From Patellaria atrata CBS 101060 (taxonomy: Eukaryota), in contig MU006097.1 of assembly GCA_010093705.1 (NCBI GenBank), forward strand, positions 259,905 through 323,904: a stretch of DNA of 64,000 nt. The letters are read 5' to 3'. Under the pieces are notes generated by a model. The model saw only the letters and a list, made by a program, of their open reading frames with translations, ran no database searches and was not told where the DNA came from. Below are positions 23,709 through 36,700 of the stretch, in pieces. The first letter of the stretch is position 1. Each line of letters opens with the position of its first letter. A program made the translations under genes and the position numbers.

Positions 23709-26021
23709 TTAGATTTGCAGTATCTCGGCGGCTCTAAGAATTGCTTTCGCGCTCTTAGTCACCCACTCGGCGGCTTCTTCAAGATTACCCGTCTCTACCG
23801 CCTCAGTTACTGGAGGGAAAACAGAAGCAGAGTACCCTGTTCAACACTTGTCAGCAACTTGGTAGATGTGCAGCCCAACTTCAGGCAAAGACTTACCGGT
23901 ATCAATTCCAGGAGCGCTGATGAGATTCTGGAATGTACTTCTTCGTGGTAAACCTCCTTGGCTCACAAACCCGCGCTGAAAGTCGCGGTACTTTGTATTG
24001 ACAACCTGTAGCAATACATCATCCCCAAAACTTACAGCAAGCTCAGCAACCCGTTGAATGTTATCCGCCTGGACTCTGAACTCAGTAATTGCATCTTCTA
24101 TCTCCGAGGTGTCGAGCTCAACCTCCGCACTCTCGATACTATCCCGGAGCTCATCTAGGTATGCTGAGAGGACCTCAGCGGATTGTGGCAAGTCGAACGG
24201 CAGTAGATTATCGTCTGCAAGATGATAGAGCAGGAGGCCAACATATTGTCCAATAGCAGTATGAATTTTGAATTCCGGATCCCCATAAGTAGACATCCAA
24301 TAATAGCTATCGTATCCACTATGATAATGCCATACTGGATCTGTGGGACCTCCCCCAGAGGTTATATCAAGCGCCCCAATACCATTTTGGTAGAATGGAG
24401 CAAAGTCAGAACCGGACCCAAGCGGAGGAATTTCTCCTTCCGTTGAATTGTACCATGCATCGTACAAAGTTTCCCCTATCCCGATTTCCTCGGGGTACAA
24501 AATCTTTTTCATCAATTCTGTTGCGATTGTGTGCAATTCACCCGTCCCAGAGATCTCTGGTCTTGGACCTGAAGACCCAATGTCCACATTAAGATACGTC
24601 ACAGTAGACGATACAAGCCATGGTAAATGATCTTCAACCCATTCAGTTGATCCCTGGAGCCCGAACTCTTCAGCATCCCAGGAGCCAAAAATAATGGTTC
24701 GGCGAGGTTTCCACCCTGTTTGTAACAGTTTTCCAAGGGCTTTCGATAGCTCCACAAGTATTGCAGAACCAGAATTTGGGTCTGCACCGCCACCGATTAT
24801 CCAGGCGTCTCTATGATTACCCAAAATAACGACCTCATCAGGATTCGTCCCGTTGATCACTCCTATTGTATCCCACACTGGGGTAATCCAGCTATCCATA
24901 TAATGCGTGAGATGCAAGGTTGCCCCTGGGGCTGGTCCGCTGCTATAACTCGCATTGAGTCCACCTAGCCATGCAGTCCGATTCGCTTCTTCGGCGGATA
25001 GTCCATGACCATCAAGAGCTTGAAGCAGAGGAAGAGCATCTCGCATACTGATAGGAACGGACGGAATAACAGGATTATACGGCGATACATCATTTCTAGG
25101 AGCACCTTCTACAGATGAATACCCGACAGTTGTCGGATCCCCCGAGTAAAGAGAACTGAAGCGGACAGAACCTCTTTCGATAGAGGACGGGTTTCGAGCA
25201 GGCCCATCTATGGAAATATTAGCGTCGAGGTTGGATTATCAAAGAACTCAATTCGCTATACCAGGATATGGTAGGTGCCCATTAGCCTCAGTGATCTCTC
25301 CATCATTGATCGGGTCAGTGAAGATGACACAACCGATCATGCCGTTATCTTGTGCATTCTTCACCTTCAGACCACGATAGCCTCCTCCGTAAGCTGCTAA
25401 CGCTATCTTCCCCTCTAGCTCAATCCCGGCGTCCCTAAGTGCCTTGAAATCACCCTGAGTACCTCGTCTTTAACAGAGTCAACAGACTTCCTGACAAAGA
25501 TTTAAAATCGATATATACACTCACCCGACATAGACGTACTCTGCGGTTACATCTCCGGACCCAGACATCGCATGATAAGCTGGGATCTGATTTGCAGTAG
25601 CGGTAGAATCTTCTTCAAGAGCATCTTCCACAAAGCTCACATTATGGATTGATCCATCCGGTCTCGTGAGAAGCAATGAACTCTCTCTAGGGTATGTCAC
25701 GTAGACGTGGTATTCTTCCAAGTATGCATTCAATCCATTCTCAGACCACCGTGCCGCTGTCCACTCAGCTTGAGAACGATTCCAACCTCCAAGATGGTGG
25801 CCATGGGTGTAATAATACGACCAATCGCTAATCGAATTATTATCAAACGAATTGACGATTATAGACTCTCTCTCAGTCAACACTGGGGGAAACTCGACCT
25901 CTCGCTTGACATGACGGTAAGAATGTGCTTTAGCATTCCGCCGGCGATGAAGAGTCTCCCAGTCCGTCACGCAGGCCAGGGTACACACTGCGAACAATAC
26001 AATTGTAGCAATTCGAATCAT
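23709..26021 (-). CDS. Secreted M28 glutamate carboxypeptidase II-like peptidase (PA domain + TfR dimerisation domain), 4 exons
   Basis: Signal peptide MIRIATIVLFAVCTLA. Metal-binding and active-site motifs GNHRDAW, ADPNSGSA, SWDAEEFG, YLNVD, GSGSDF, WHYHS. The last exon ends ..RAAEILQI*. Confidence 0.92.
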
Positions 26022-26989
26022 GATTTTCTACCTCCTTTCCGAGAGAGGTTTGTAGTTGCTTGAGGCATCGGGACCTTATCGTCCCTTCAGCGCCTTTAAA
26101 TGGCGCATCTCCGTTTCCCGGTCATAAGCTCCCAAGCGGAAGGATGCATGGATATTCTTCCGAATCCCTAATCCTGTTCGGTCTCTATTGATATGCTTCG
26201 ATCCCCAGGTCTTAACAATCGCCAAGTTGGACTTTGTATGGGTCGAGGTGTGTTTACCTTCCTCATTTGTGTCACCCATGGATACTCGTTGGCTCCAGCT
26301 CCTCTTGGCAGATTGGGGCTTCCACCTGCTCTCGTCCGTACGTCATCTTGCTACAATTATTTTTCCTGAGCGGAGCGGAGCGGGAGAACCACACTTTCTT
26401 GCTACCAATACTTATCCTTCGTACCTTCCCCTTAAGTACTCTTCCATGATCTATCATCGGGTCCGAATAATTCAGCAATGGTAGCTACCCTGTGGAGCTA
26501 TACCGGCCACGAATTCCAAACCTTACCTGTGTTGAATCTCTACAGTTCGTGCTGCGGCTGTATTGGGATGCGCAAGTAGGGCAGCAGCATTTGAACCCTG
26601 TACTCAATTGATCAGTAACGATGTAAGGCCGTATACCTTAGTATTACAAACATGGTTGACTATACTCGAACGATCGGTTTCCGTTACTGTCGGCATCACC
26701 AGTATAGTCAAGTGAGGCCTCTAACAGACTGGTGATCGTACGGATAACCGTCTACGAATTACAAGTTTGCCCCAATGTTCCTTAGTGGTTTCCCTCAGAA
26801 ATACTTCAGGGCAAGCGATTTACGGGAAGGGGTCATGTCTACCTTATCGAACCTGCCATTTTCTCATGGATTCCGCACGGCCCTCTAGCTCTAGGTATTT
26901 AACTTGTCTCTTCCAACTTTCTCTTCTCTTTCACACATTACACTTCATCCTTGAACTCTGTTCAATTCCTGCAATCATGCAGTGTTCAC

Positions 26990-28095
26990 GATCAAAGGCT
27001 CTACAGCTTCTCACAGCTCACACAATTCAAGCAGTACATAAGCCTCAACAGCTCATACGCTCAAGCAGTATGCTCCAGCAGCTCTAACACTCAAGCAGCC
27101 CACACGACCCAGACAAGCTCACATATCAAGCTCATGAAGCACATCAAGCCCAGTCCAGCGCACACAGCTCACATTAAACTCATGAAAGCATTCAGATCAG
27201 AATCACTTATCGCTCATCGAAGCATACAGCTCACGAAGTAAATATTTCAGAAGCATTAGCTCAGAAACATTTAGCTCAGAAGCACATCAAATTCATGAAG
27301 CACATCAAGCTCATGAAAGCGCCCAGCTCAGAAGCAATCAGCTCGGAAGCATTCAGCTCAGGAGCACTCATCGTTTAGAAACACGTATATTCACGAAGCA
27401 CATAGCTCACGAAGCACACAGCCCACGAAGCACACAGCTCGCGAAGCACACAGCTCATGAGGCACAATTACGGAAATCTCAAAGTAATCAGTCAGAAGCA
27501 ATGCTCCCAGAAGCACATAGGGCCAAGTATCTCAAAAATTGTCAGGCATCTCACAAATTGGTCAAGGGCCTTACTCGCCGTCTCAAGGCAGTTGCACAGC
27601 TTTACCAAGCTTGCATATCAGCTTCACATCAATCTCAAACAGCTTACCGCTCTACAGAGTTACATGAAAATTTTCATAAACCCAAATGTGTTTTAAAAGC
27701 TTACAGACCGTATGAAACTCCATTCCAGGTTACAGCACCAATGCTCACATCACACACCAATCACCAGTATACATGAACAAGCGCGTCAGCAAAAGGTCAA
27801 GTCCTCACATATGAGTAAGTATATCGGAGATCACAAGCACTTCACATAGACCCAAGTATCTCATGCATTCCAAGCATCTCACGCGTCCCAAACATCTCGC
27901 CCATTCCCTACATGTCACACATCTCATGCGTTCTACACGTCTCAAACGAGCTCAAATATTCTAGGCAAGCTCAACTTCTTCACACAGCTAACAAGCCAAA
28001 ACTACTTCTGCGCCTTTGCAGCTTTCACATCATTATACGACTGCATACAGTTCAAATAGTTCAGTGCTTCTCACAGCTTCATACAGCTTCATATG
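26990..28095. repeat. Degenerate minisatellite-like tract (core AGCTCAYGAAGCAC, 14-18-nt units)
   Basis: About five 16-nt units GCTCACGAAGCACACA at 27391-27466. Many CAGCTC/AAGCAC variants throughout. Strong C/A bias on the plus strand. Confidence 0.7.
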
Positions 28096-28759
28096 GTTTT
28101 TTTTTCTCATCCGCTTTCTCGCCGTAGCGGGGAGCTGAGGAAATTTGGATTGTTGTATCCCCCGTAATCCATGTCGAGGAACCAAGTAAGTGCATCCCGG
28201 TTTTATGGTATGAATCAAATAGTATCCTCTTAGGGAGAGGGTTGTGATGGTCTCGTAGCAAGTTTCGTCAACTCTTCTGGTACTCACTGCGGAGCGGATG
28301 ATGTCCACGCATGATCTAAGACACCTTTATGCAAATGATGTAGCAGTCACTGCTTCTCTCTGTCCACAAAGTTCTGAGCTGTATGTGCGTCTATAAGCGA
28401 TGACGATTCCTCACAGCTTGCGAACCTGCATATCTCCTTCCTGCAAATATGGAATTAGGATCAAGGTGAGACGGCCGCGCGGGATTCCGAGAAAAGATAT
28501 AGCGGAGATAACAGCAAGGGAGATGATAGTAAGACATCGTTTGACTTGGTGCACTCCGACGAAGTAGAGACACAACGGCCACATTAATAAGATACAGGAA
28601 AGCAACCCCAAACGACGAACACAACCTCCCATCCCATTTTACCAGCGAGGCATACATCCATCTAACACAATCCCCGCCTCCCCCCACCCCGGTGCCAGCC
28701 AATGTCGAATCCAAAGCCCAGTACCCAAAAACACCACCCAACTATACAAAAACGGAGAA

Positions 28760-31700
28760 CTAAGCCGCAGTCCCACACCTCATACAAACCAACCAATGTT
28801 CCCCCCTCTCCTTCACCCTGGCCCTAAAACTCTGGCTCCCGCACCTTCCACACCTGACCTCCTCCCCGCCACCCGCTTTCCCCTCGTCTTCGCTCCCACC
28901 CCATTCCCTGTTCCCCCTTATCCCTCCTTTCCTTTCATCCCCACCCCGCCCGCCGACAAACCCATCCGCGTCGCTGATATCACTCCCCCCGCTCCCCTCA
29001 TCAGACAATTTACTAACAACGCTCGTCTTCTTGCTCAGCGTGCCGTCGAGCGCGCAATCCTGCGCTCTTGTCGCCGAGGGCGGCGCGAGGTGGTCGTGCG
29101 CCGCGGCGTTGCGCCAGTTCTGCGTGTTCCAGAAGACGTAAGATTGCGTGCCGTGGATCCAGAGGGGGTTTGCGTCGCGCTGGGTCTGGTTTTCCTTGGG
29201 CGGGGAGGTGGGTGAGAAGGGGGAGGGAGTGGTTGTGGTGGTGCCGGGTTTGGATGTCGATGCTGAGGGGTGGGAGTGGGAGCTTGGGGAGCTGGTACGT
29301 GTGTTGGTGGAGGTGTGGGTCTGGGTGTTTTCCTTGTCGCTGGGAAGAGGTTTTTGCGGTGGGGCGGATACGGGCGTCGGGTTCAGGTTTGGGTTCGAGG
29401 CGTGACTTAAGGCGCCGACGCTTTTGCGGGGAGAGACGCTCCGGGCCCAGCTCTTGCGGTGCGCTTTGGCGTTCTCAAGACTCCCGCTGCTGGCGATGGC
29501 CTGACGCCATGAAAGGATACGATCGCTCGGTGGTTGGGTTGAGGTTGAGTCTGCGCGTGTTCGACCACTCGCTCTGGTTGCTATTGAGTTTGTTCGACCG
29601 ATGAGACTGGTGCCGACCCTGCGGCTGATTATGCTACCCGTATCCCAGGAGTCATTGCGGCGTTTGTTCCAGGCACAGTCTTGCCGGAACACCTTGATGC
29701 AGCCGCGAAAGTCGGCCGTGACGATGATGTTACCATGGTTATGTACACTTCTCGCGATGTATGCCGGACTTTCTTCTGCGCGTTTGAAGTTTGTCTTGTG
29801 CACTGCGGGGGTCTCTTGTATACTGCCATTCTCAGTAGCCGGACGTGAAGTCATAGACTCCGTTCGACTGACAAGTGTGACTGGCGGTGGATTGCAGAGA
29901 TCAAAGATCGGATCTTCAGAATTACCGAGTACCTGCCGCGTCAGCGTTGGTGCAAAGATAGCGGTCGTAGTTATAGAACTGTGAGCCTCGAACATCTCTA
30001 GAGGGCGTTGGTTATTCTTTTCGCCCTCAGGAGGGCCAGTAGACCAGATATAAGCCTTTCTGTCCTCACTACCACAGATCACATATCGAGAATCATCGCT
30101 GAATGATGCACGAATCTGGCTGTGATTGTTCTCGTATCCTTTGAATTTTATTTCAAGGCTTTTATCACGAAAATTGTACAGTCGAACTCGGGAATCGTTG
30201 CTTGATATAAGCAACTTGACCTCATGATTGGAGGATCCAGGTGGAAATGCCATAGTCTGTATCCCGGTGATCTTGCTGCCTCTCGCATTCTTGCCATGAG
30301 ATGACCGAACGTGAATCTGAGTCTGATGCTTGAGGCCTTCAGTGTCATAGAACATACAGAGCCCACTCAGAGTTCCCGCTATCGCAGTCTTTCCATCCGG
30401 TGTAAATGCCACAGCTGTGATCATGTCAGGTACCTGATTCCAAAATGCGACACTTTTGTCGGGTATACTCCACAATCTCAACTTGGAATCTAACGAGCCG
30501 GCAAGGAAAAACCGATCATCTTTAGGATGGAATTGAATGGATGGGACAAAATCAGTGTGTTTGAACGTACACAGACACTCTGCACGAGTGACATGCCAGA
30601 GTCTCACAGTTTTGTCCATGGATGAAGAAAGTAGGAAATTATTCTGATGATGTCAATTATGAAGTTTAGGAAAGAAAACAATCAGTCATGTAGAAACATA
30701 CCTTACTCCAGCTTAGGTCTAGAATAGTAGACGTGTGCCCTTCGTATTCTCTTACTGGATTCTTTTGAAAAACCGGAGCGCTCAGATGTCGTCCCTGCCC
30801 ATCAGAGCTAATACTTCCGGCTTCTTCTTCTTCTTTCTCAAATGACCTTCTTTCTTCCGGCGAGGATAATACGGCCCAGACACGAACGACCTTATCTTGG
30901 CCTCCTGCAGCGAGATACTTTCCATCTTTACTAAATTCCAACGCCCATACTGGATCAGAGCCTGGGGTAGATGAACCGGCCGGTCCCGCCGTGGATATCC
31001 TTTTGCTCTTTTGTGCTCCGTTATCTTTACGTAGCTCCTGCGCAAGAAACACTCTATTAAATTCCTTCTCCTTCTTAAACCTTGCGCGCACTTTGATATA
31101 ACCCGGTGGTTGTGGATGTCGTGGACTGAATCCTAGGTTTTCAATCGGTTGCGAAAAGAGCTGAGCATCCATTCCTTCTGGTCTTGAATCCCCAGTTTCC
31201 GACTCATCTTCATTGTCAACTTCGAATGGTGATCTTTTCTTGTTACCTCCGATGATACGGCTTAAGAATGAGACTCCTTTCCTAGAATACCCGAACGCTC
31301 GTTAGCCCTTGTCAGCGCAGACGCATAGCTCACGCAACGTCACGCGATCTCATACTAAATCCAGAAATGAACGTGTGCAACAAGATATTTTGAATCATTC
31401 TTCTAGGGTATCAACCTCACTTTTTATCTTTTGACGGATATACAGGACCGTCACTGCGGCTTGGTTCATTCGGATGCTTCGGAATTTGGGATGATTCACT
31501 GACTGGACTCGAAGCTTGGCCCAAGGAATTGTCCGTAGTAGCAGTTCGTTGTTTTTGTAGGACTGTTTGGGAGGTGTTTGTGCGCTTGAGGATTTGCTAT
31601 TTGCAGCAATTTTGTCAGTCCGATCTTGACGGAGGTGAAAGATTAAGTGTAAGGTAAGTAGTACCGTACCTGTGACAATGGATCTATCACTTGAAAGTCT

Positions 31701-32018
31701 CCGCTATCCTTTGAAGCATCATGTGCCGAAGGACTCGTCGGGCCCGGTCGTGATGCATATAAGTTGGTGGGTTTGGACTTTCCAAGAGCAGTTCGTCCGA
31801 GGTTGGGAGCGGATGACACTGCGCGCCGAATCAGCTTACTGATATCTTACCGTATGTGCATTGCGATCACATCGAGACTTACAGTCTGTTCCACGATAAG
31901 ATCTACTCGTTCCGAAGCTATCGCGGATTGCAGGTTGCGACCGTGGTATACCATTGTTGAGGCCAGACTTCTCCTTCTGCGACGCCGTTACACGAATCTT
32001 TGGTACTGCTTCGGCCAT
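28760..32018 (-). CDS. WD40-repeat protein, WDR44/YMR102C-like (5 exons)
   Basis: EFNRVFLAQEL, VWALEFSKDGKYLAAGGQD, YEGHTSTILDLSWSK, SSSMDKTVRLWH, FHPKDDRFFLAGSLDSKLRLW, SNDSRVRLY. Upstream exons traced through GT..AG introns to the ATG at 32018. Confidence 0.9.
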
Positions 32019-33255
32019 TTCGCAGGTATCTCATCGCGTTTCCAGTCTCTCTGCATAAGGAGAAGTCTCCCAATGTAGTAGAGACTGTGGATTGAATGGA
32101 AGTTGGCGCGTCGCAGGTCGAGTCCAGATAAGCAGACAATGGAAAAAAGAGGAATAGATGAAACAAGTATGTAGGTCGCAACAGGCAAACAAGGACGGGA
32201 GGAGTATCAGGGGATGATAATACACGGTTGATCAAGGTAGAGAGCAATTGGGTATAAGAAGATAACAGGTTGTACTGTCCTGTACTCTCTCCACTTGTCG
32301 AGATTGAGCGATGGGCATCGACTGGGGAGCTTCGAGGCGACCTCTCGTCCCGTCTGAATCGTCTCCCATCTTTAGGTTGGCAGGGAAAGACGTCACATCC
32401 AGCCGCAATGTGCACTAAAGACGTGCCAAAAGTATCAACGGTGCGGGAAGAGGGATGCACTCTCCATGATACAAAAATTTATGTATATAGAAAAAGTTTG
32501 AAGGTTTCAAGAGGTTTAGAATATTCCATTGCATTGCCCAGGAACGGGGCAAGCACTCTGTTCCGCGGCACGAGGTCTTGTGGGAACAGCTCAACAGCCA
32601 CCGCAAGTGACCACACCTTACATCAATCTCTTCATCGGTACAGCACCCCCATAGGGCTAACGAGCATACATGAACGTCTTCAGCGCGTCCCTGAGAGACG
32701 TGCGCCTATCTATAACTAGGCAACATCCACTCTTCTCCGTAGTCCTACAGTTGGTTTACTTTCTCCATACCTCCTACAGAAGTACCGGCACTAGCATTGG
32801 TACAGTACAAGTCCTAATAGGTGTCCAACTTTCCTACAAAGAATCTTCCATATATCTCCTGCGAGATACCTTCACCAGAAGATCCTTTGCACCCTTCCAA
32901 TCTAATCAAACCATTCATTTTGATACCTTATCCAGTTACAATTTCTTCATCCATTTGGTCTCAAGATTCGCTCTTTTATAGATCTTGTGCAACAACAATT
33001 CAGATTAGTCTATTGCGATATAGAGAAAATGGAATACCTCGAGATCATATATGTTACCTTCCATCCTCGGGTCCGGTGTCTGATATCTACTCGGCCTAAA
33101 ACGGTTTCGAGAGGAGTTGAGAGGCTCTTTGATAATGGAACATGGCCGCTTTAGGAACTCTGAGCTTCTCATAGTATAGGTACAGTACTATTTACCACAC
33201 AAACCAGTGAAATCGAAAATGGAATGTCAAAGATCCTTATTTAATATATGTATTT

Positions 33256-33284
33256 ACACACACACACACACACATATATATATA
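33256..33284. repeat. Compound (AC)n(TA)n microsatellite
   Basis: Seen directly in the sequence. Confidence 0.9.
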
Positions 33285-33600
33285 AAATATAACACTATCC
33301 TCTTTCTCATCAACCACATCCCAACCATATCATATAAGCGTAGATCTCACAACCCCAGCACGAAAAGTAGTTTTAAAGATCTTAATTATATCGTATCTAC
33401 CCCTCATTTCCAAGACATGCCAGCCCAAAGTTCCAACACCAAGGGTAATACCTAAACCACACAAACGCCACAGAACACCATTAAGTAGCAAAAGGCGACC
33501 GACGCGCCTGATGAACCCATCAATCCCGAAACCTCAGTGGGTATGCGATGTAAAATTAGCGAGCCGAGTTTTAGAAATACATAAAGGAGAGTAGATTGAT

Positions 33601-35039
33601 TTAAAAGTCCTCATCGAAGCAGAAATCACCGCTCATATTCGGCGCCTCAACGGCAGCCGCTTGAGGCGCTCCAGGCGTCGACTTCTCGTGCTTCTTCGTA
33701 CTCGCCATGACGCCAGCCTTTTGGTAGTCACCGACCCGCTTCTCAAAGAAGTTTGTCTTACCAGCGAGGGAGATGTTCTCCATGAAGTCGAAGGGGTTGG
33801 TTGCGTTGTACACTTTCACGTTTCCTAGCGCGAGGAGAAGACGATCGGCGACGAACTCGATGTACTGACACATCAGCTTCGCGTTCATGCCGAGTAGAGC
33901 GCAAGGCAGGGCATCCGTCAAGAACTCCTTCTCGATTTCGACTGCCTCGGTGATGATCTTGCGCACGGACTCTGGGGACGGCTGTTTGCGGATGTGTTGG
34001 AAGAGCAGGCAGGCGAAGTCGGTGTGCATGCCCTCATCGCGGGAGATGAGCTCGTTGGAGAAGGTTAGGCCAGGCATGAGACCGCGCTTCTTCAGCCAGA
34101 AGATGGCGGCGAAAGAGCCGGAGAAGAAGATACCTTCGACGGCGGCGAAGGCGACGAGGCGGGAGGCGAAGGTTGAGTTTTTGTCGGTTATCCAGCGGAT
34201 AGCCCAGTCAGCCTTCTTGCGGATGCAGGGGACTGGAGTTATATTAGATAAGGGTTGTCATGGGGGTAGTATGTGTGACTAACTGTTATCGATGGCATTG
34301 AAGAGATATGCCCTTTGCTTGGGCTCGCTGATGTAGGTATCGATGAGGAGCGAGTACGTCTCTGAATGGATGTTCTCCATCATGATTTGGAAACCATAGA
34401 AGCAGCGCGCTTCCGGTACTTGGACCTCCCCGCTGAAGCGCTCAACCAGGTTCTCGTTGACGATGCCGTCTGATGCGGCGAAAAACGCAAGGACGTGAGA
34501 GATGAAGAATCGCTCATCGTTGTTTAAACGCTTATTCCAGTCATTAATATCTTTGGAAAGATCGATCTCTTCGGCAGTCCAGAAGGATGCTTCGGCTTTC
34601 TTGTACATTTGCCATATCTGTTATCAAGTGTTAGTGGTTGAGACGGGAAAACCACTTTACGCGTCTTACGCGACGCGTCTAGGTCGCATCATACCTCATG
34701 ATACTTTATGGGAAACAGCACGAAGCGGTTTGGGTTTTCCTGTAGCAGAGGCTCCAGTTCCTCATCGCTCTTAGGTGCCTCCACCTTAGACTCTTCCTTA
34801 GTCTTGACGGGCTCGTCCATATATGGGATGCCCTCTATGGGGACGGCAACGTCGTCGCTGTAGCTGTTCTCTTTGTTTTCGGGGGCAAAGACGAGCTTCT
34901 TCGCTGGTGAATCTCCCATTTTGAGGTTACTGATTCCAATTGCAGCCTACAGTTGAATAAACTTGTCAGTATATGCGCGTATACAGATAAGCAGTAGTGG
35001 CGACGGTACCTTCTTGGAGGGAGTAATCTGAGTTGCCAT
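33601..35039 (-). CDS. RNR2: Ribonucleoside-diphosphate reductase small subunit (4 exons)
   Basis: [75 protein letters not shown] and C-terminal FDEDF. Confidence 0.97.
34659..34678. promoter_or_regulatory. Cluster of MCB-type motifs inside RNR2 intron 2
   Basis: ACGCGT (34659), ACGCGA (34668) and ACGCGT (34673) within the 77-nt intron 34618-34694. Confidence 0.5.
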
Positions 35040-35178
35040 TGCTGATTATAGAGATGTCGATGAGAAGAATTATGAAGATTATTTTGGGAGCAGCAAGACA
35101 AAGAAATAGTATTGTGGAACTGCGGAGTGTTTTGAGGATGAAGATTCGGTACACGAAAATTGATGGAGGGACAAAGGC

Positions 35179-35207
35179 TTATAAAGAGGGTAACGCGGTC
35201 TTCGCGT
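35179..35207 (-). promoter_or_regulatory. RNR2 promoter: TATA-like box and two MCB cores
   Basis: TTATAAA at 35179-35185, ACGCG at 35193 and CGCGT at 35203, about 150 nt upstream of the ATG. Confidence 0.55.
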
Positions 35208-36700
35208 CACAGACCACCGTCGTGTTTTGGAGTCCGAGCTCACAGGCATCCCACTCCACTTCCTGCCCCCTAACAAACGTATAACCACTCACGATCCAAC
35301 ACTATGCACAAGTCTCAATTAACTTCCCTCCGCGCCTTGAAATCTCCTCACGAAGTCACGCTTTTTGCACGCCGGCGTTTTGTTTCAGCTATATCAAGTT
35401 AATAATTCGTCCTGAAGCCGCTTCACCCATTTCCCGTCACGCATCTAATCTCAAAGATCAAGATTGAATTCTTCTTTCACTCACCCCTCTTCATAACACA
35501 AAGTCAAGCCATCTACAAGGGGTGTTGCTGATCTGTACTTTGTTAGCGGTCGTCGGCGCAGTTGGGTGTAAGCTCAACCTTCTCATCAGCTACTTTATAC
35601 AGTAAGGTTGCTTACATATCAGGCGGGAACCTGTTGCACCCCTTCAGGTTCGACCATCTACCGAGCAAGAAACCCCTTGTATAGTACGACCTGGAGTCCC
35701 GTACATATACTTAGGTTGCTGGCATATGTACAGATCCGTACATAGCAGTGACAAGAGATCGTTCGTCCTACAAGTGGGCGTTACGCATGTACTTATTCAA
35801 GATAAGGGCGCATGTCACAGACATTGACACAGCTAACAACTCAACATCAGTTGGGGTTCTAGATGTAGCATGTACCTAAACCCCACAAGGGCTTACGTAG
35901 ATGTCCAACCTAGATAGCAGCTCAATCTTTTATTCTGTGATTTCTAATCCCCACATCAACCTATTATGTGAAATTTTCTCTTTGGTGTCTTACTCACATT
36001 TTATAGCAAGGATCGGAGGTACCCCCGCTTTGCCTCTAAATCCTCCACATTCCTCCTCAATATCTGGAGAATGTCAGCTATTGCTGGAATTGAGCGGTAT
36101 CCGATAATCCGAGTCTCCTACCGTAAACTTTCTTATCATTTAACTTACTCATTAGATAGAGTGTTTATCTAGTTGAAGTCCATTTCCTTTTAGTTGTGTC
36201 AGACCTTATCAGCTTCGATATACTCAAGCATACCAAAACCCTACTATGGAATTTGAGTTATAAGCATCATAATCACTTTGTATTCATTTGAAATATCACC
36301 TCGAGCACGATATAGCACGATATAGCACTATATACGCGTGTGACACGCTTTTCATTCATGTTAAACACGCGTTAAGTGGCCAAGCAGCCGAGAAGGGGAG
36401 CCTGCGGAGCCCGGAGGTTCAACGCATTTGGTCTTCTCGGTTGGCCGTACATGTTTGATCTACCGCCAGATGTCAAATCTTATTCTCACCACACACATCT
36501 GAATAATCCACCGCTGACATAGAATCCAGTACCAGTTCACTCTTGAACCATGATGCAGATGTAATCCTCATGCCTCGTAATCAAATAGCCTCCCAATGTA
36601 AAGCTTATCAACACTCTCTGACCGAACCATCGTTCTTCGTAAGATCTTGAACCGTTATTCTCGTAATATCTCCATGCAGATGCAGTCTTCATGCTACTGA

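Noticed and set aside
27391..27466. CRISPR-like or repeat-protein reading of the 16-nt repeats
   Set aside because: Eukaryotic context with no spacers; the unit length is not a multiple of 3 and there is no sustained ORF
28106..28190. Hammerhead-like CTGAGGA next to two stems
   Set aside because: The required GAAA and cleavage-site stem are missing
1..28700. Starship giant transposon hypothesis (HET cargo, 5S fragment)
   Set aside because: No DUF3435 tyrosine recombinase or other Starship hallmark gene is in the window, and the 5S fragment continues past its break point instead of being cleanly split
28796..29984. Antisense and alternate-frame ORFs over GC-rich genes (also within RNR2, RPC53 and the DIM-7-like gene)
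   Set aside because: Shadows of codon bias in real genes; no recognisable motifs
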